Source of the DNA: Azolla caroliniana
Taxonomy: Eukaryota > Plantae > Polypodiophyta
Length of the DNA: 64,000 bases
Direction: 5' to 3'
NCBI GenBank assembly: GCA_043228905.1
Contig: JBHGNT010000009.1
Coordinates: 3,782,001 to 3,846,000 of the forward strand
A program made the translations under genes and the position numbers. Under the pieces are notes generated by a model. It had not been told where the DNA came from and searched no databases. It worked only from the letters and a program-made list of their open reading frames with translations. This document shows positions 44,701 through 57,303 of the stretch, in pieces. The stretch's first letter is position 1; each line of letters starts with the position of its first letter.

Positions 44701-46380
44701 AAGGTGTGGGTTGGTGTCACATATCTCACATGAGTTGGGGCCAAGTGTCTTGGTTCAAATTGAGTCTTCTTGAGGGGTACGATAATACCTCATAACTTAC
44801 TTGGCCAAGAGTCAAGTAGTTCGTCTCGGTCCATTTTGTTCCCTGTTTCGTATCTTTTGACCCCTGTATACTTGGTTTTCCATGTGGTCCCTTGAGAGAC
44901 GTGTAACAAACATATGTCAATAGCTAGCAATGAGTTTTTGGTCATTGTGGTAGATGTAATCTTTTTTTTATGGGGTGCTTTTTATACACCCTCTTACTTG
45001 TATGGTTTATTTTGCTTGTGAAGGTGCAATAAGTATTTTCAATGTGTCTCCTGAGATACATGGTGCATGCATCTATTGCATCTTTGGCTCCCCTTTGTAA
45101 AGCCACCAAAAGAAACTTAATGCAAGACACAAGCGTCATACAACCAGAGATGACATTGGTAACCATGATATCACGAATTTGCAAATGTCGATGTAGAGCA
45201 AGACCCCGATATGAGATAACCAACTTAGTAGCATACCATACACCGAGGACGACAACCATATCATAATCATATCAAGCATTTTGTCTTATAAAAATTGCCA
45301 TGATCATACAAAAAAAAATCATTGTAACATTTTGCATGCAACATGGTATTGTTTCACTTTATCATAACATTATGCATTATCTCATATCGAAATTATACAA
45401 ATGTACCATGTCACAGGGTTAGGTTAGTGATATAGGCCTCACTTGAGTTGGCATAACGTCTTTCGATGTCCTCAATGAAAGTTTTGATTTACTTGGATAT
45501 TATTTTTAAGAACCATCAGCACAAGGTCGGAGTGTGAGGATGTACCACCGTGTACTCTTTTGTTGGGTAGAAGGGTGGAAATGATTGTTAATCTCTCTCA
45601 AGTAAAGAACATGTAGGCTAACTAATAAAGCACACTTTAATCTTTCACGTCGACTTAATCTCTTAGACAAGACAAGGAGAAACTTTACCATCTTTCCAAA
45701 CACACTTGATAGAAGAGTGAAGAAATAAGAAATCACAAACACAATCTAGCTTCCATTAGTCTGCTTAATACAATTACAAGCTTTTATGAATACTACTAGG
45801 TGCAACAAAGGGTGTCGATGAAGAGGGTTACTCAAGCTTTGGTTGGATTGATGTGGCAAGCGATGGAAATGGAAGCGAGACCTTTAAAAGTTGAGACATT
45901 ATCGTTAAATTTGAGGGTTCTCACCAACAAGACATGCTTGCATCATAAATCGAGCAAAGATGACCAAAGAAATATGATTGAAAGAGAAGTAGGGGAAACA
46001 AAAACATGTGTTGATTATGGACTCAAAATCACAAAGGTATGCCAACCATCTAGTGTTTTGTGGGGCCATAGTTGAGATCGAATGTACAACCCCATCTAGG
46101 ATGGAAATTTGAATGTCACGATTAGGGATAACCCACCTCACACTATAGTGAGTGTGAGTTATGTCATATGAAAGCAATGGTTAGGAGGCAAACAACTAAA
46201 TATCATCCATGATCCACAACGTACTTTCTTAATTTGGCTTTAGATGGCAATGTTTGGAGATGTTAAGTATTCTTCAAACATCTCGTCTTTGACGTTAAAA
46301 CCCACACTAAATATTCATTGCCAACGAAACTATGTCCATCTCTCTATTACTCCATGGATATCCTCTTAATTTACTAAACG

Positions 46381-49300
46381 TACTCCCCCTCAAGCTTGGC
46401 AAGTCCGGGATCATCAATCCAAGGTCTGACATGAATTGTGAAGCTTGTCGGCTCCTAGGGCTTTGGTGAAGATGTCGGTTGTCTGAAGATTTGTGATGAT
46501 GTGTTGAAGGTCGACATCTCCAGCTTGAACACGCTCTCGAATGAAGTGATAGTGCACTCAATATTCTTCGTGCATGCGTGGAACACCGGGTTCCAAGCTA
46601 GATGAATATTGCTCATGTTCTCACAGTAAAGGGGAATCGGATCTTTGATGGGAATGTCCAGATCCTTCAATATCCTCTTGAGCCATACGACTTCACATGC
46701 AGCCACGGTTGCACCCCTGTATTCGGCCTCTGTGCTCGAAAGTGCGATGCTAGGGTACTTCTTACTTCTCCAAGTTATTGCTCTGCTGCCGAGGGAGAAG
46801 ACAAATTCGGAGGTCGATCGACGGTCGGCTCTATAGTCGACCCAGTCAGCATCTGTGTACCCTTCGAGTTGAATTGGTTTGGCCGATTTATAGAGAATGT
46901 CATAGTCCATCGTTCCACTCACGTATCGTAGCACTCACTTAGCACAATCCAAATGGATATCTCGTGGATTTTGCATGAATTGGCTAAGGAGGCCGACCGG
47001 GTAGCTCAGGTTAGGTCGAGTGATCGTGAGGTAGATGAGGCTCCCAATAAGTTGCCGATACTGAGTTGGCTCACACTTTGTAGTGCCTGACTCGGCATCC
47101 AATTTGAGGTTTCGATCGAGAGGGGTTGCCACATATTTGCACTTAGCCATCCCAAATTTGTGTAACAAGTTGAGGATGTAGTGCCATTGAAAGATCATTT
47201 TGCCGGTTGGAGTCTGGATTACCTCGATGCCAAGGAAGTAATGGAGCTCCTTCATGTCCATCATCTCGAATTTGTTGGAGAGGAGGGACTTCACCTTGTT
47301 GATGTCGACTAAATGCTCACCTCCAATAATCAGATCATCCACATATAGGATGATAACAATCGGGTTTCTAGAGTCGTTTCCTATGTAGAGGGAGTTGTCG
47401 GATTTCGACATTCGAAACCCGATTTGATGGAGATATTGCGTTAACTTTGAGTACCAAGCACCTAGTGCTTGCTTAAGACCGTAGAGTGGCTTCTTCAGTC
47501 AATAGACTACTTTCGGATGGATGTTGGATTCGAAGTCGGGTGGTTGTACCATGTACACCTCCTCTTCTAATTCGCCTTGAAGAAAGGTGTTCTTGACATC
47601 CATCTGGTGGAGATGCCACCCTTTCACTATTGCAAGTGCGATCACGGTTCGCACATTCGTCATCTTTGCCACCGGGGCAAATGTCTCTTCGTAGTCGACT
47701 CCATGTGTAAGTCCGTATCCTTTCGCTATGAGTCGAGCTTTGTAGCAGTTGACGGATCCGTCGACATTATACTTCACCTTATAATCCATCTGCAACCAAT
47801 TGCCTTCTTGTGCGGTGAGTGGGGAACAAGATCCCCCGACTTTGAGGCCCTTTGTGAACATGGCCGATTTCACCTCGTTCGACTTGAGGATAAACATTCG
47901 ACCAAGAGCGATTAGTCGGCCCTCTTTTTCAATGAAACAACCACCATGGTTGAATCAAACTTGCATGCCTTGCTCCACAATTTGGCCAACGGAAACCAAA
48001 TTTTTCGTTATGGTCGGTACATGCAAGACATTTTTTATGCAAGTTTGTTCACCTTCTTTCCCGAATGGGACATTGCTGACATGCCGAATCGGATGAGTGG
48101 TGTCATCTCCAGTTTCGACATGGCCGGGTTGATCCGGATCTCGTAAGTCTTGGAACCATTCTTGATGAGACGTCATACGGTTCAAAGCACCGGAGTCAAT
48201 GAACCATACATCGTCCGGATTGGAGGCATTAGTCGAAGTATAGGCCGACATAGAGTTTGCTCTAAGTCTCATCACGAACATTAGTCCACAGTCTTCATAG
48301 TTGGAGTTTGTGGCGTAATTTGTGAGTTGTCGGCTTGTGGAAGCCGATTCACGCTTCTTCTTTCGGCACTCTTTTTCGTGGTGGCCGATTTTGCCGCAAT
48401 ATCCGCATTCAATCGAGGTTTGTCAGCTCGGACCAGAATAGAAGCTCCCCCTTCTTCCGAAGGTTCCTCGATTACTTCCGTCTTGTTGCCAAAATTGGGA
48501 GTTGTTTTCGTAAGTCGAACCTCGTCCGCCTTGTCCTTAGCTGAATCGGCCTCTTGCTCAACTGTGTCCTCTTCCTCCATTCGAATGTGTGTAGAGCATA
48601 TGGCCTTCCGAGGCGTTGCTCCTTGTTCGAACATGGTTTTCATCAACCAACAACATGGATTGAAGATCAAAGAAAGAGGGAGGATGCCCCCTTACTGGTA
48701 TGGCGGTCCTCATCACGCTGAACCGTGGTGTAAGGCCACCGAGGCATATTTGCACCATCTCATCATCATCCACATTGACGCTTATAGAGCTGAGTGAATC
48801 ACAAAGCTCCTTGAACTTCAAGGTGAAGCTTGTGATGAACATATCCCTTTGTTGGATGTTGTTCAACTCTTGGCGGAGTTGAAGCTTTTGTGCCGTCGTG
48901 TTGGCGGTGGATATCTTCTTGAGATTCTCCCATGCTTCCTCCGGTGTCTTAGTGTCTCGAATATAGCCGAGCATGTGGTCATGAACACATGTCATCAAGC
49001 AATACATCACTTGGCTTGTGGCTTGCAGCTTGCTCCCATGTTGAGTATTCCGGAGTCGTTGGGTCGGGTCGATTTTCTTGTGTTCCTTTGGTGTAACTCT
49101 AATAGCTTAGGCCGACAAGGTATTGGTGCATTTTGTACTCCCAAGATGCAAAGTTGTTTCGATCCAACTTCTCACTAGGGAGAGCACTCCCCATTTGAGT
49201 ATTCATTGTCGATGAAGATCTCCTTCTTTTCCTTCTCTCTCGAACACGAGCTATGTAGTCACACTACCATAGTGATAAGCCGGTTCTTCTTGAATGGCGG

Positions 49301-49505
49301 CGTAGAACACAACACACGCGGATGGGCTAGATCGAGCTACTAAACCGCTCTAATACCATGTAAAGAATCGATGATGATTTTGTGCAGCGGAATAGGTTAG
49401 GTGTGTGTGTGTGTTAGAGAAGACGAGAGAGAGGCACAAGATATATCAAATACTCAAGAAGATGTATACTACAAAGGAGATTAACTGACACATTACAAAG
49501 TAGGA
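46381..49505 (-). mobile_element. Decayed, internally deleted Copia element, same family as the element at 51106-61911
   Basis: PBS TGGTATTAGAGC at 49347-49358 beside a partial LTR from 49359. Gag, PR (WFIDSG), RT (LYVDD) and RH (YTDAD) fragments are present; integrase is deleted at ~47800. PPT-like TTGAGGGGGAG lies at the left end. Confidence 0.88.
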
Positions 49506-49639
49506 GGAGGGTTAAACCCATTACTGACCCACAACATACTTTCTTAATTTGGCTTTAGATGACAAGGTTTCGGGATGTTGAGTATTCTTCAAACATCTCT
49601 GACATTAAAATCCGCACTAAATATTCATTGCCAACGAAG

Positions 49640-50745
49640 CTATATCTATCTCTCTATTACTCCATAGATATCCTCTTAATTTACTAGATGCTACTATAGA
49701 ATGTAGGGGTTGAACCCATTACTCTATTACTCCATCGATATCCTCTTAATTTCGTAGATGCCACTATAGTATGTAGGGGTTAAACCCATGACCTTCCAAT
49801 CTTCATTGGACAACCTTACCAACTACACTATATCCATCTAGGCCATTTGGCATCTCTCACAATTAATCTACTAATCATTGTATTGGGTTCGAGACCCCAT
49901 TTTGTCACCTTTCTATTACTTCATAAATATCTTCTTAACTCTTACTCTATAGAATGTAGGCGTTGAACCCATTACTCTATTACTCCATTGATATCCGCTT
50001 AATTTAGTAGATGTCACTATAGTATGTAGGGGTTTGTAAAGAATCGGATATGATTCTTGTGTAGTGGAAGAGATGTGTGTTATGTGTATGTGTGAGAGGA
50101 ATTAGAGGAGAGAAGAGACAACACAAGATAGATAGAAAAAGGAATACTCAAGAAGAAGATGTATATATTCACAAGTAGAATAGCAAATACAAAATGTAGC
50201 ATTACAAGGAGTTACAACCAACCTAATATGGAGTATGAGGAGGGAGCTTTATATAGTCACCCTCTCTCTTCATTAACTAACTACAACAACCACTCTGTTG
50301 GGGAATGTGAAGACTCGTAGTCATGGGGAATATGTAACTCATTAGTTATGTGTTATAGAATATGATTCTATGACACATAGTTGGTGTAGAGAGTAGTGGT
50401 GTGACTCTTGACCTTTGAGTAATCATAGATTCTCAAACGGTGTGTTCACACCTTGCACTATGTTGAGCTTGATTCTCAACAGGGTTAAACCCATTACCTT
50501 CCAATCTCCATTGGACAACCTTACCAACTACACTGTATCCATCTAGGCCATTTGGCATCTCTCACAATTAATTTACTAATCATTGTATTGGGTTCAAGAC
50601 CCCATTTTGTCACCTTTCTATTACTCCATAAATATCTTCTGAACTTACTAGATAATGCCACTATGGTTGGAATGTAAGGGTTAAACCCATAAGCTTCCAG
50701 TCTCCATTGGAGAACCTTACCAATTGAACTATATCCATCTAGGTG
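49640..50745 (-). repeat. Cluster of tandem SINE-like repeats of the 39.2-kb family, reverse orientation
   Basis: Repeated ACCTTACCAACT..ATCCATCTAGG and TGTAGGGGTTAAACCCAT blocks, which are reverse complements of the 39236/39360 units. Confidence 0.7.
50035..50481 (-). mobile_element. Solo Copia LTR inserted in a SINE-like copy
   Basis: Reverse complement of the LTR at 51106-51556; TSD GGGTT at 50030-50034 and 50482-50486. Confidence 0.93.
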
Positions 50746-51698
50746 GTGTCATGATACGATTAATGCTATCAAGAGTGGACACGCTCCATATTCGAGCGGT
50801 AGATCGACCCGCACTCCTTGTGAAGTCGTAAGGAAAACCCTGAATTAAGATGTTAGTGTAAAGAATGTTATCCCAACTTCCTGGCCATGCTTGAACTAAG
50901 TGAGCTGACAAGCTTCGGCAATTCATGTCAGACCTCGAATTGACGATTCCTGACTTGCCAAGCTTGAGGGGGAGTACAAGTGAGAACCAGATATCGTCTG
51001 AACCGGGTACGAGCCAAAGCGAACACTGGAGATTGTTCGAACCGGATACCAGCCAAAGCGGACATCAATCAAAAGGAACCGACCCGAGTTGAGCTTGAGG
51101 GGGCGTGTTGAGAATCAAGCTCAAGATAGTGCAACGTATGAACACACCTTTTGAGAATCCATGATTACTCAAAAGTCAAGAGTCACACCACTACTCTCTA
51201 CACATTAACTATGTGTCATAGAATCATATTTTATGACACATAACTAATGAGTTACATATTCCCCATGACAATGAGTCTTCACATTCCCCAAGAGAGAGAG
51301 TGGTTGTTGTAAAGTTAATGAAGAGAGAGGTGACTCTATATAAAGCATCCTCCTCATACTTCATACTGAGTCGGTTGTGACTCCTTATTATGCTACATTT
51401 TGTAATTCTTATTCTACTTGTGAAATATACACCTTCTTCTTGAGTATTCCTTTTTATATCTATTTGGTGATCTCTCTTCTCTCCTCTAATTCCTCTCACA
51501 CATACACATAGCACACATCTCTTCCACTACACAAGAATCATACCCGATTCTTTACATGGTATTGTTAGCTCGATCTAGCCCACTCGCCTCATCGTGATCG
51601 TGTGTTGTGCTCTACACCGAAGTTCAAGAAGAACCGGCTCATTGTTATTGTAGTACCACTACATAGCTCGTGTTCGAGAGAGAAGGAAAAGAAGAAAG

Positions 51699-54600
51699 TG
51701 TTGAATACGAATGTATAATGGACGTATTCACACTATCCTCTTAGAGAACCCAAGTTCGGGCTATTTCTGTAAATAACATAAAGGGCAGTTGCCCTAAGTG
51801 AGTCACTATATAAAGTGACTTTGTAACCTTTTGTAAAGGTTGGTTGTCCATTATTGTAACGGTTGCCCCTTTATGAATATAGATATATTCTTTGTGCCTC
51901 TCTCTCTCTCTCTCTCTCTCTATACGTATTTTGTTCTTGCCCATCTCATACGCAGGTATTTCTTCCTCACGGATTCATATTGTGTGATCTCTTCCACACT
52001 GACGGCCTTGTCCATTCCCTACATTTGGTATCAGAGCTTGGATGTCCTTCATCTCGCTGTCGGCCGCCATTCGAATTTTTTGGATCACAACATTCTGTTT
52101 TTTGTTTTGTATTTGAAGAAACAGAGAAGAGAGAAGAAGAAGAAAAACGAGGCTTGCATCTCATCGCGTTAGATCATCTTCGCTTGGAGTAAGCCAGCCG
52201 GCTGTACTCTGTTCCTCGTGATCGTAACCGCTCGAGGTGAAATCCCCTTGTGCAACATTGACACGATCGTGCTCCACTCGGTTAAACGGCATTCGAACAG
52301 ATCACCGAACGTTGCTCGCCGTCCGTTGTAACCACTCAGTGCAAATCGGTCTCAAGACAACAACCCCAATTCGTGCTTCATCCGGCTGATCGACATTCGG
52401 GAGGATCAATTGGATCCGTCTCTCTCGTCGCTACAGTCACCCGAAGCAGAATCGGTCCAGATAATCGGTTTCAATAATCGGTATTTGGCATATATATTCG
52501 GAAGCGAACCGGGCTCACTCCGACTCGGTAACATTCGGGAAGACCAGTCGGTTCTATCCCTCGAGTTACCGGAGTCAATTCGAGCAAGTTCAACAATACA
52601 TATATCCGAAACCGAACCAACTCGGGTTCAAATCCAACTAGAACGATATCGGGTGAGCCAACCGACTGCACTCCAACAAGGTTCGTAGTCAACTCCGAAC
52701 CGAGCTTCGTCAACCGAAACCGAATCTGATGGCATCAACATCCAGCTCATCGGAAATGAGTCTAAGAAGGTTCGACGGTTCGAACTTCAATTTTTGGAAG
52801 GAGCAAATGTAGGATTATCTTATAGTCAAGGGTCAGATCAATCCGATTGAGAATGAAACTGCTCCAGAAATATACAAGGCAAATGAGTGGCAGAAGCTGG
52901 ACAGAATTGTCCGCGCCACGATTCGGATGCACCTGTCAGAGTCAGTGTACTTCACAGTGCAATCGTGCACGACAGCCTTCGAACTTTGGAAGAAGCTGTC
53001 AGATACCTACGAAAAGAAGGTCGCCTCAACGAAGATGTATTTGATCCGGCGCCTCTACAACCTGCGGATGAAAGACTCTGATTCGGTTCATGCACACCTT
53101 AACGAGTACGAAAGTTTGAGCTCCCAAATCTCGTCACAGGGGACGACAATCGAGGATGAACTCAAAGCAATGATACTCATGAGCAGTCTCCCCTCCTCTT
53201 GGGAAACCTTCGTTACAACTGTGTGCAACGCTTCTACGACTGCCATCAAGTACTCCGAAATCACAAGTGCAATCCTGACTAAAGCAGCTCGGAGAAAGTC
53301 TTTCACCAAAGACTCGGCAGAAGAAGCCTATGTAGTACAAGGTTTGACCGACCGATCGAACAACCGGGGAAGAAGTTATTCCCGACCGCCGACAAATCAG
53401 CGAAGCCGCAGCAAGTCCTGGGAAACCCGAATCTGCAACTACTGCAAGAAACCGGGACACATCAAGGCCGACTGTCGGGTACTCAAGTCAAAGACAGACA
53501 AAGCTCAGAGAGTTGACCAGAGGAGTAACCGACATGAGGAAGTCAACTACGTCGGCTCTTCAGCCGAGATATTGATGACCGACCCGAACATATTGTCCAT
53601 AGAGAATCCAGTCGAATCAGAAGTTCTGCTTACGACTGAGGAATCGAGCACATGGCTTCTGGACTCGGGCGTGTCGTATCACGTGACACCTCACCGATCA
53701 CAGTTTCGGCAATATTCGGACCGGCACTCCAACTCAGTTCGAGTCGGAAATTCGCAGCACTGTGCTATCATCGGAATCGGCACCGTAGAGCTCAACCTTC
53801 CGAGTGGCTCTACACTCATACTACACAACATCCGACACGTTCCTGAGCTCTCACGACCCTTGATCTCAGTCGGACAACTTGATGAAGCTGGCATCCGTGT
53901 TGGTTTCTCATCCGGAGGGTGGACACTCCACAGAGGGAACCTCCTGCTTGCTAGAGGACCAAAGGTACACTCATTGTACCCTTTGTATGTCACACTCAAA
54001 GAGGGTGACTTATTTCTGGTAGATATCCCTGTGTCATCCTTATGGCATGGACAACTTGGACACCTTAGCAAGGCCGGCATCACGCACCTATCCAGAGTTG
54101 GATACATCCCGAAACTCTCCTTCTCGGACCATCAGTTTTGCAAGCATTGCCAGTACGGCAAACAGGTAGCCGCATCACACCCGACATCAGCACCAAGAGA
54201 GTCGAGCCCGCTCGATTTGGTCCACTCGGACGTCTATGGCCCGATGCCACATCAGTCACTCGGTGGTGCCTCGTACTTCGTCAGTTTCATTGACGACTCG
54301 ACGCGGAAGGTGTGGGCTTACCCCATCAAAACCAAAGATCAGGTGTTCTCGATCTTCTCAGATTGGCTCGCAATGGTCGAAAACCAGACCGGTCGGAAAC
54401 TGAAGTGTCTCCGAACCGACAATGGAGGTGAGTTCAAATCTGATGAATTCGTCAAATTTTGCCGAGAACGCGGCATTAGACGTGAATATACGGCACCATA
54501 TAGTCCGGAGCAAAACGGAATCACAGAACGCATGAATTGGACGATTCAAGAACGCGTTGTATCCATGCTCCAACACTCCGGACTATCGGATGGCTTCTCG

Positions 54601-57128
54601 GCAGAGGCTCTACTCACGGCAGTACACATAATCAATATGTCGCCAAGTAGACCTCTAGGACTTAAGATACCTCAGGAAATATGGACCGGCAGAAAGCCGA
54701 ATTATGCGGTTGCGAGGCATACGCCCTCATACCGAAAGACGACCGCCGAAAGCTTGAACCGAGATCAAGGAAATGCGTTTTCCTCGGGTACAGACCCGAC
54801 GGCGAGATCGGATACCGACTCTGGGACCCCGAGCACAGGCAAATCGTCTGAAGTTCGGACGTCGTGTTCAACGAGTCGACTATGCACAAAACGGCCGAAA
54901 GGCCTATTGAAGTCCGAAGGGTAATATTTTCCGAAGTGCCAACCCTTCATGACGGCCCAGCACACAACACGAGACCGGTTTCACGGGTAACCGACTTCTC
55001 TCGCACCGAATCCACAGATTCGGCACAGCCGAATGGCTCGGCTTCCGACCATCCGACATCGACACCCGGTGCGACCAGTCCAGTCATACCTCGAAGATCT
55101 GAGAGACTGTCGCAACCTCCGGAGAGGCTCTCCCGGAATTTTCTTCACCGACGCCGGCGAACCGACGTCCTACGAAGAAGCATCGGCAGCTGCCGATTCA
55201 GCCACCTGGCATCTGGCAATGGAGTCGGAAATGCACTCCATCCGCGCCAACAAAACTTGGGATCTGGTCGACTTACCGAAGGATCGACGTGCTCTTCCTT
55301 GCAAGTGGGTCTATAGACTAAAGGAGACGTCTGACTCGACCACCCCAAAGTACAAGGCCAGATTAGTTGCGAAGGGATTTCGACAGGAATATGGCGTCGA
55401 CTTCAACGAAATCTTTTCACCAGTGGTGAAAATGACAACCCTTCGTTTCATGCTCGGTGTTGTGGCCCCCAACAATTTGGAGCTGATTCAGCTAGATGTG
55501 AAAACGGCATTCCTCCACGGTGATCTAAAGGAGGAAATCTACATGGAGCAGCCGAAAGGCTTTGTGGCCACCGGTCAGGAACATTTAGTTTGCCGACTCA
55601 GGAAGAGTCTTTACGGCCTGAAACAGGCACCCCGACAGTGGTACAAGAAGTTCGACGATTTCATCTAGTCGGTCGGCTTCTCCAAGAGCAATGAGGACCA
55701 CTGCCTCTTCACTAAAACAGCTCACGATGGTTCTCCCGTCTTCCTCATCATCTACGTGGACGACATGCTACTCTCCGGTCGGCATACCGGAGAGCTCACC
55801 GAACTCGTTCGGAAACTACGATTGAAGTTTGCCATGAAGGACCTCAGTCCGGCAAGACACATACTCGGAATGAAGATTAGTCGAAATCGCACCAAAAGAC
55901 AGCTTTTTCTGTCTCAAACCGACTACATCAGACGTGTCTTGGAACGCTTCAACATGCAATTGGCCAAATCTGCTTCAACCCTGCTCCCCATTCATCTTCG
56001 GCTTTCTCAGCGAGACTGCCCGACATCCGGTCCGGAGGGGGAAGACATGAAGTCGGTACCGTATGCACCAATAGTAGGCTCTTTGATGTATGCGATGGTC
56101 GCGACACGGCCTGATATTTCTCACGTCGTAGGAGTCATCAGCAGATTTATGCACAATCCCGGCCGATCTCACTGGAATGCAGTCAAGCATGTGTTCAGAT
56201 ATTTAGCTGGCACAAAATACCACGACATCCTTTTCGGTCCGAACTCAACTTCAGGCGTAGCCGGTTACACCGACTCAGACTTCGCCGGTTGTGTGGACCG
56301 TCGCAAGTCAACAACCGGATATTGCTTTAAATTCGGCAATGGAGCAATCTCGTGGAATTCGAAACTTCAGGAGTGCACAGCCACCTCAACGACCGAAGCA
56401 GAATATGTAGCTGCCTCCGACGCAACGAAAGAAGTTTTATGGCTCGGTCGGCTGGCGCACACGTTTCGGCAAGTCGACTCCGACTCGGCTCCAGTTGTCT
56501 ACAGCGACAGTCAGAGTGTTGTTGCTTTTTCGAAAAATCCGGTTCATCACAACGCCTCCAAGCATATCGAAGTTCGATATCACTTCGTTCAGGACTGCGT
56601 CATTTCCGGGAAAATCGGTTTAGAGAAGATATCCACAACCGATAATGTCGCAGATGGAATGACCAAGTGTCTTTCGGCAGACCGATTCCGGTCTCTTCGG
56701 CAACAGATGGGCGTAACAACATATCGGTCCGGTTGAAGCCGGACATAGTGCAGGACAGTTTCGAACAACAGACATCGGTTCACTGACGATCGGCTTCAGC
56801 TTTTTCGACCCAACCAGTTCGGTCTTCTGTCTACGGATCATGCCGATTCGAACAAAACCGACCTGTCCGAGAACCTATGCCTATACCTGTATTTTTTAGA
56901 TAACCCATGTATACACCCATTACGGGGGAGTGTCGAATACGAATGTATAATGGGCGTATTCACACTATCCTCTTAGAGAACCCAAGTTCGGGCTATTTCT
57001 GTAAATAACATAAAGGGCAGTTGCCCTAAGTGAGTCACTATATAAAGTGACTTTGTAACCTTTTGTAAAGGTTGGTTGTCCATTATTGTAACGGTTGCCC
57101 CTTTATGAATATAGATATATTCTTTGTG

Positions 57129-57184
<56 letters not shown>

Positions 57185-57283
57185 CGTATTTTGTTCTTAC
57201 CCATCTCATACGCAGGTATTTCTTCCTCACAGATTCATATTGTGTGATCTCTTCCGCACTAACGGCCTAGTCCATTCCCTACA
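51699..57283 (+). mobile_element. Nested full-length Copia (Tnt1/Tork-like) element
   Basis: LTRs 51699-52023 and 56931-57283; TSD GAAAG at 51694-51698 and 57284-57288; PBS TGGTATCAGAGC at 52026-52037; PPT ACGGGGGAG at 56922-56930. Confidence 0.96.
52729..56736 (+). pseudogene. Gag-pol of the nested Copia with stops and frameshifts
   Basis: CNYCKKPGHIKADC, WLLDSGVS, RTDNGGEF, YVDDML, YTDSD. Stops at ~52810, ~54850 and 55666; frameshifts at ~54705 and ~55130. Confidence 0.92.
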
Positions 57284-57303
57284 GAAAGGAAGCTTAATCG
57301 ACA

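Noticed and set aside
44942-46177. Short ORFs upstream of the PPR gene as genes
   Set aside because: No recognisable domains; probably decayed repeat or intergenic DNA.
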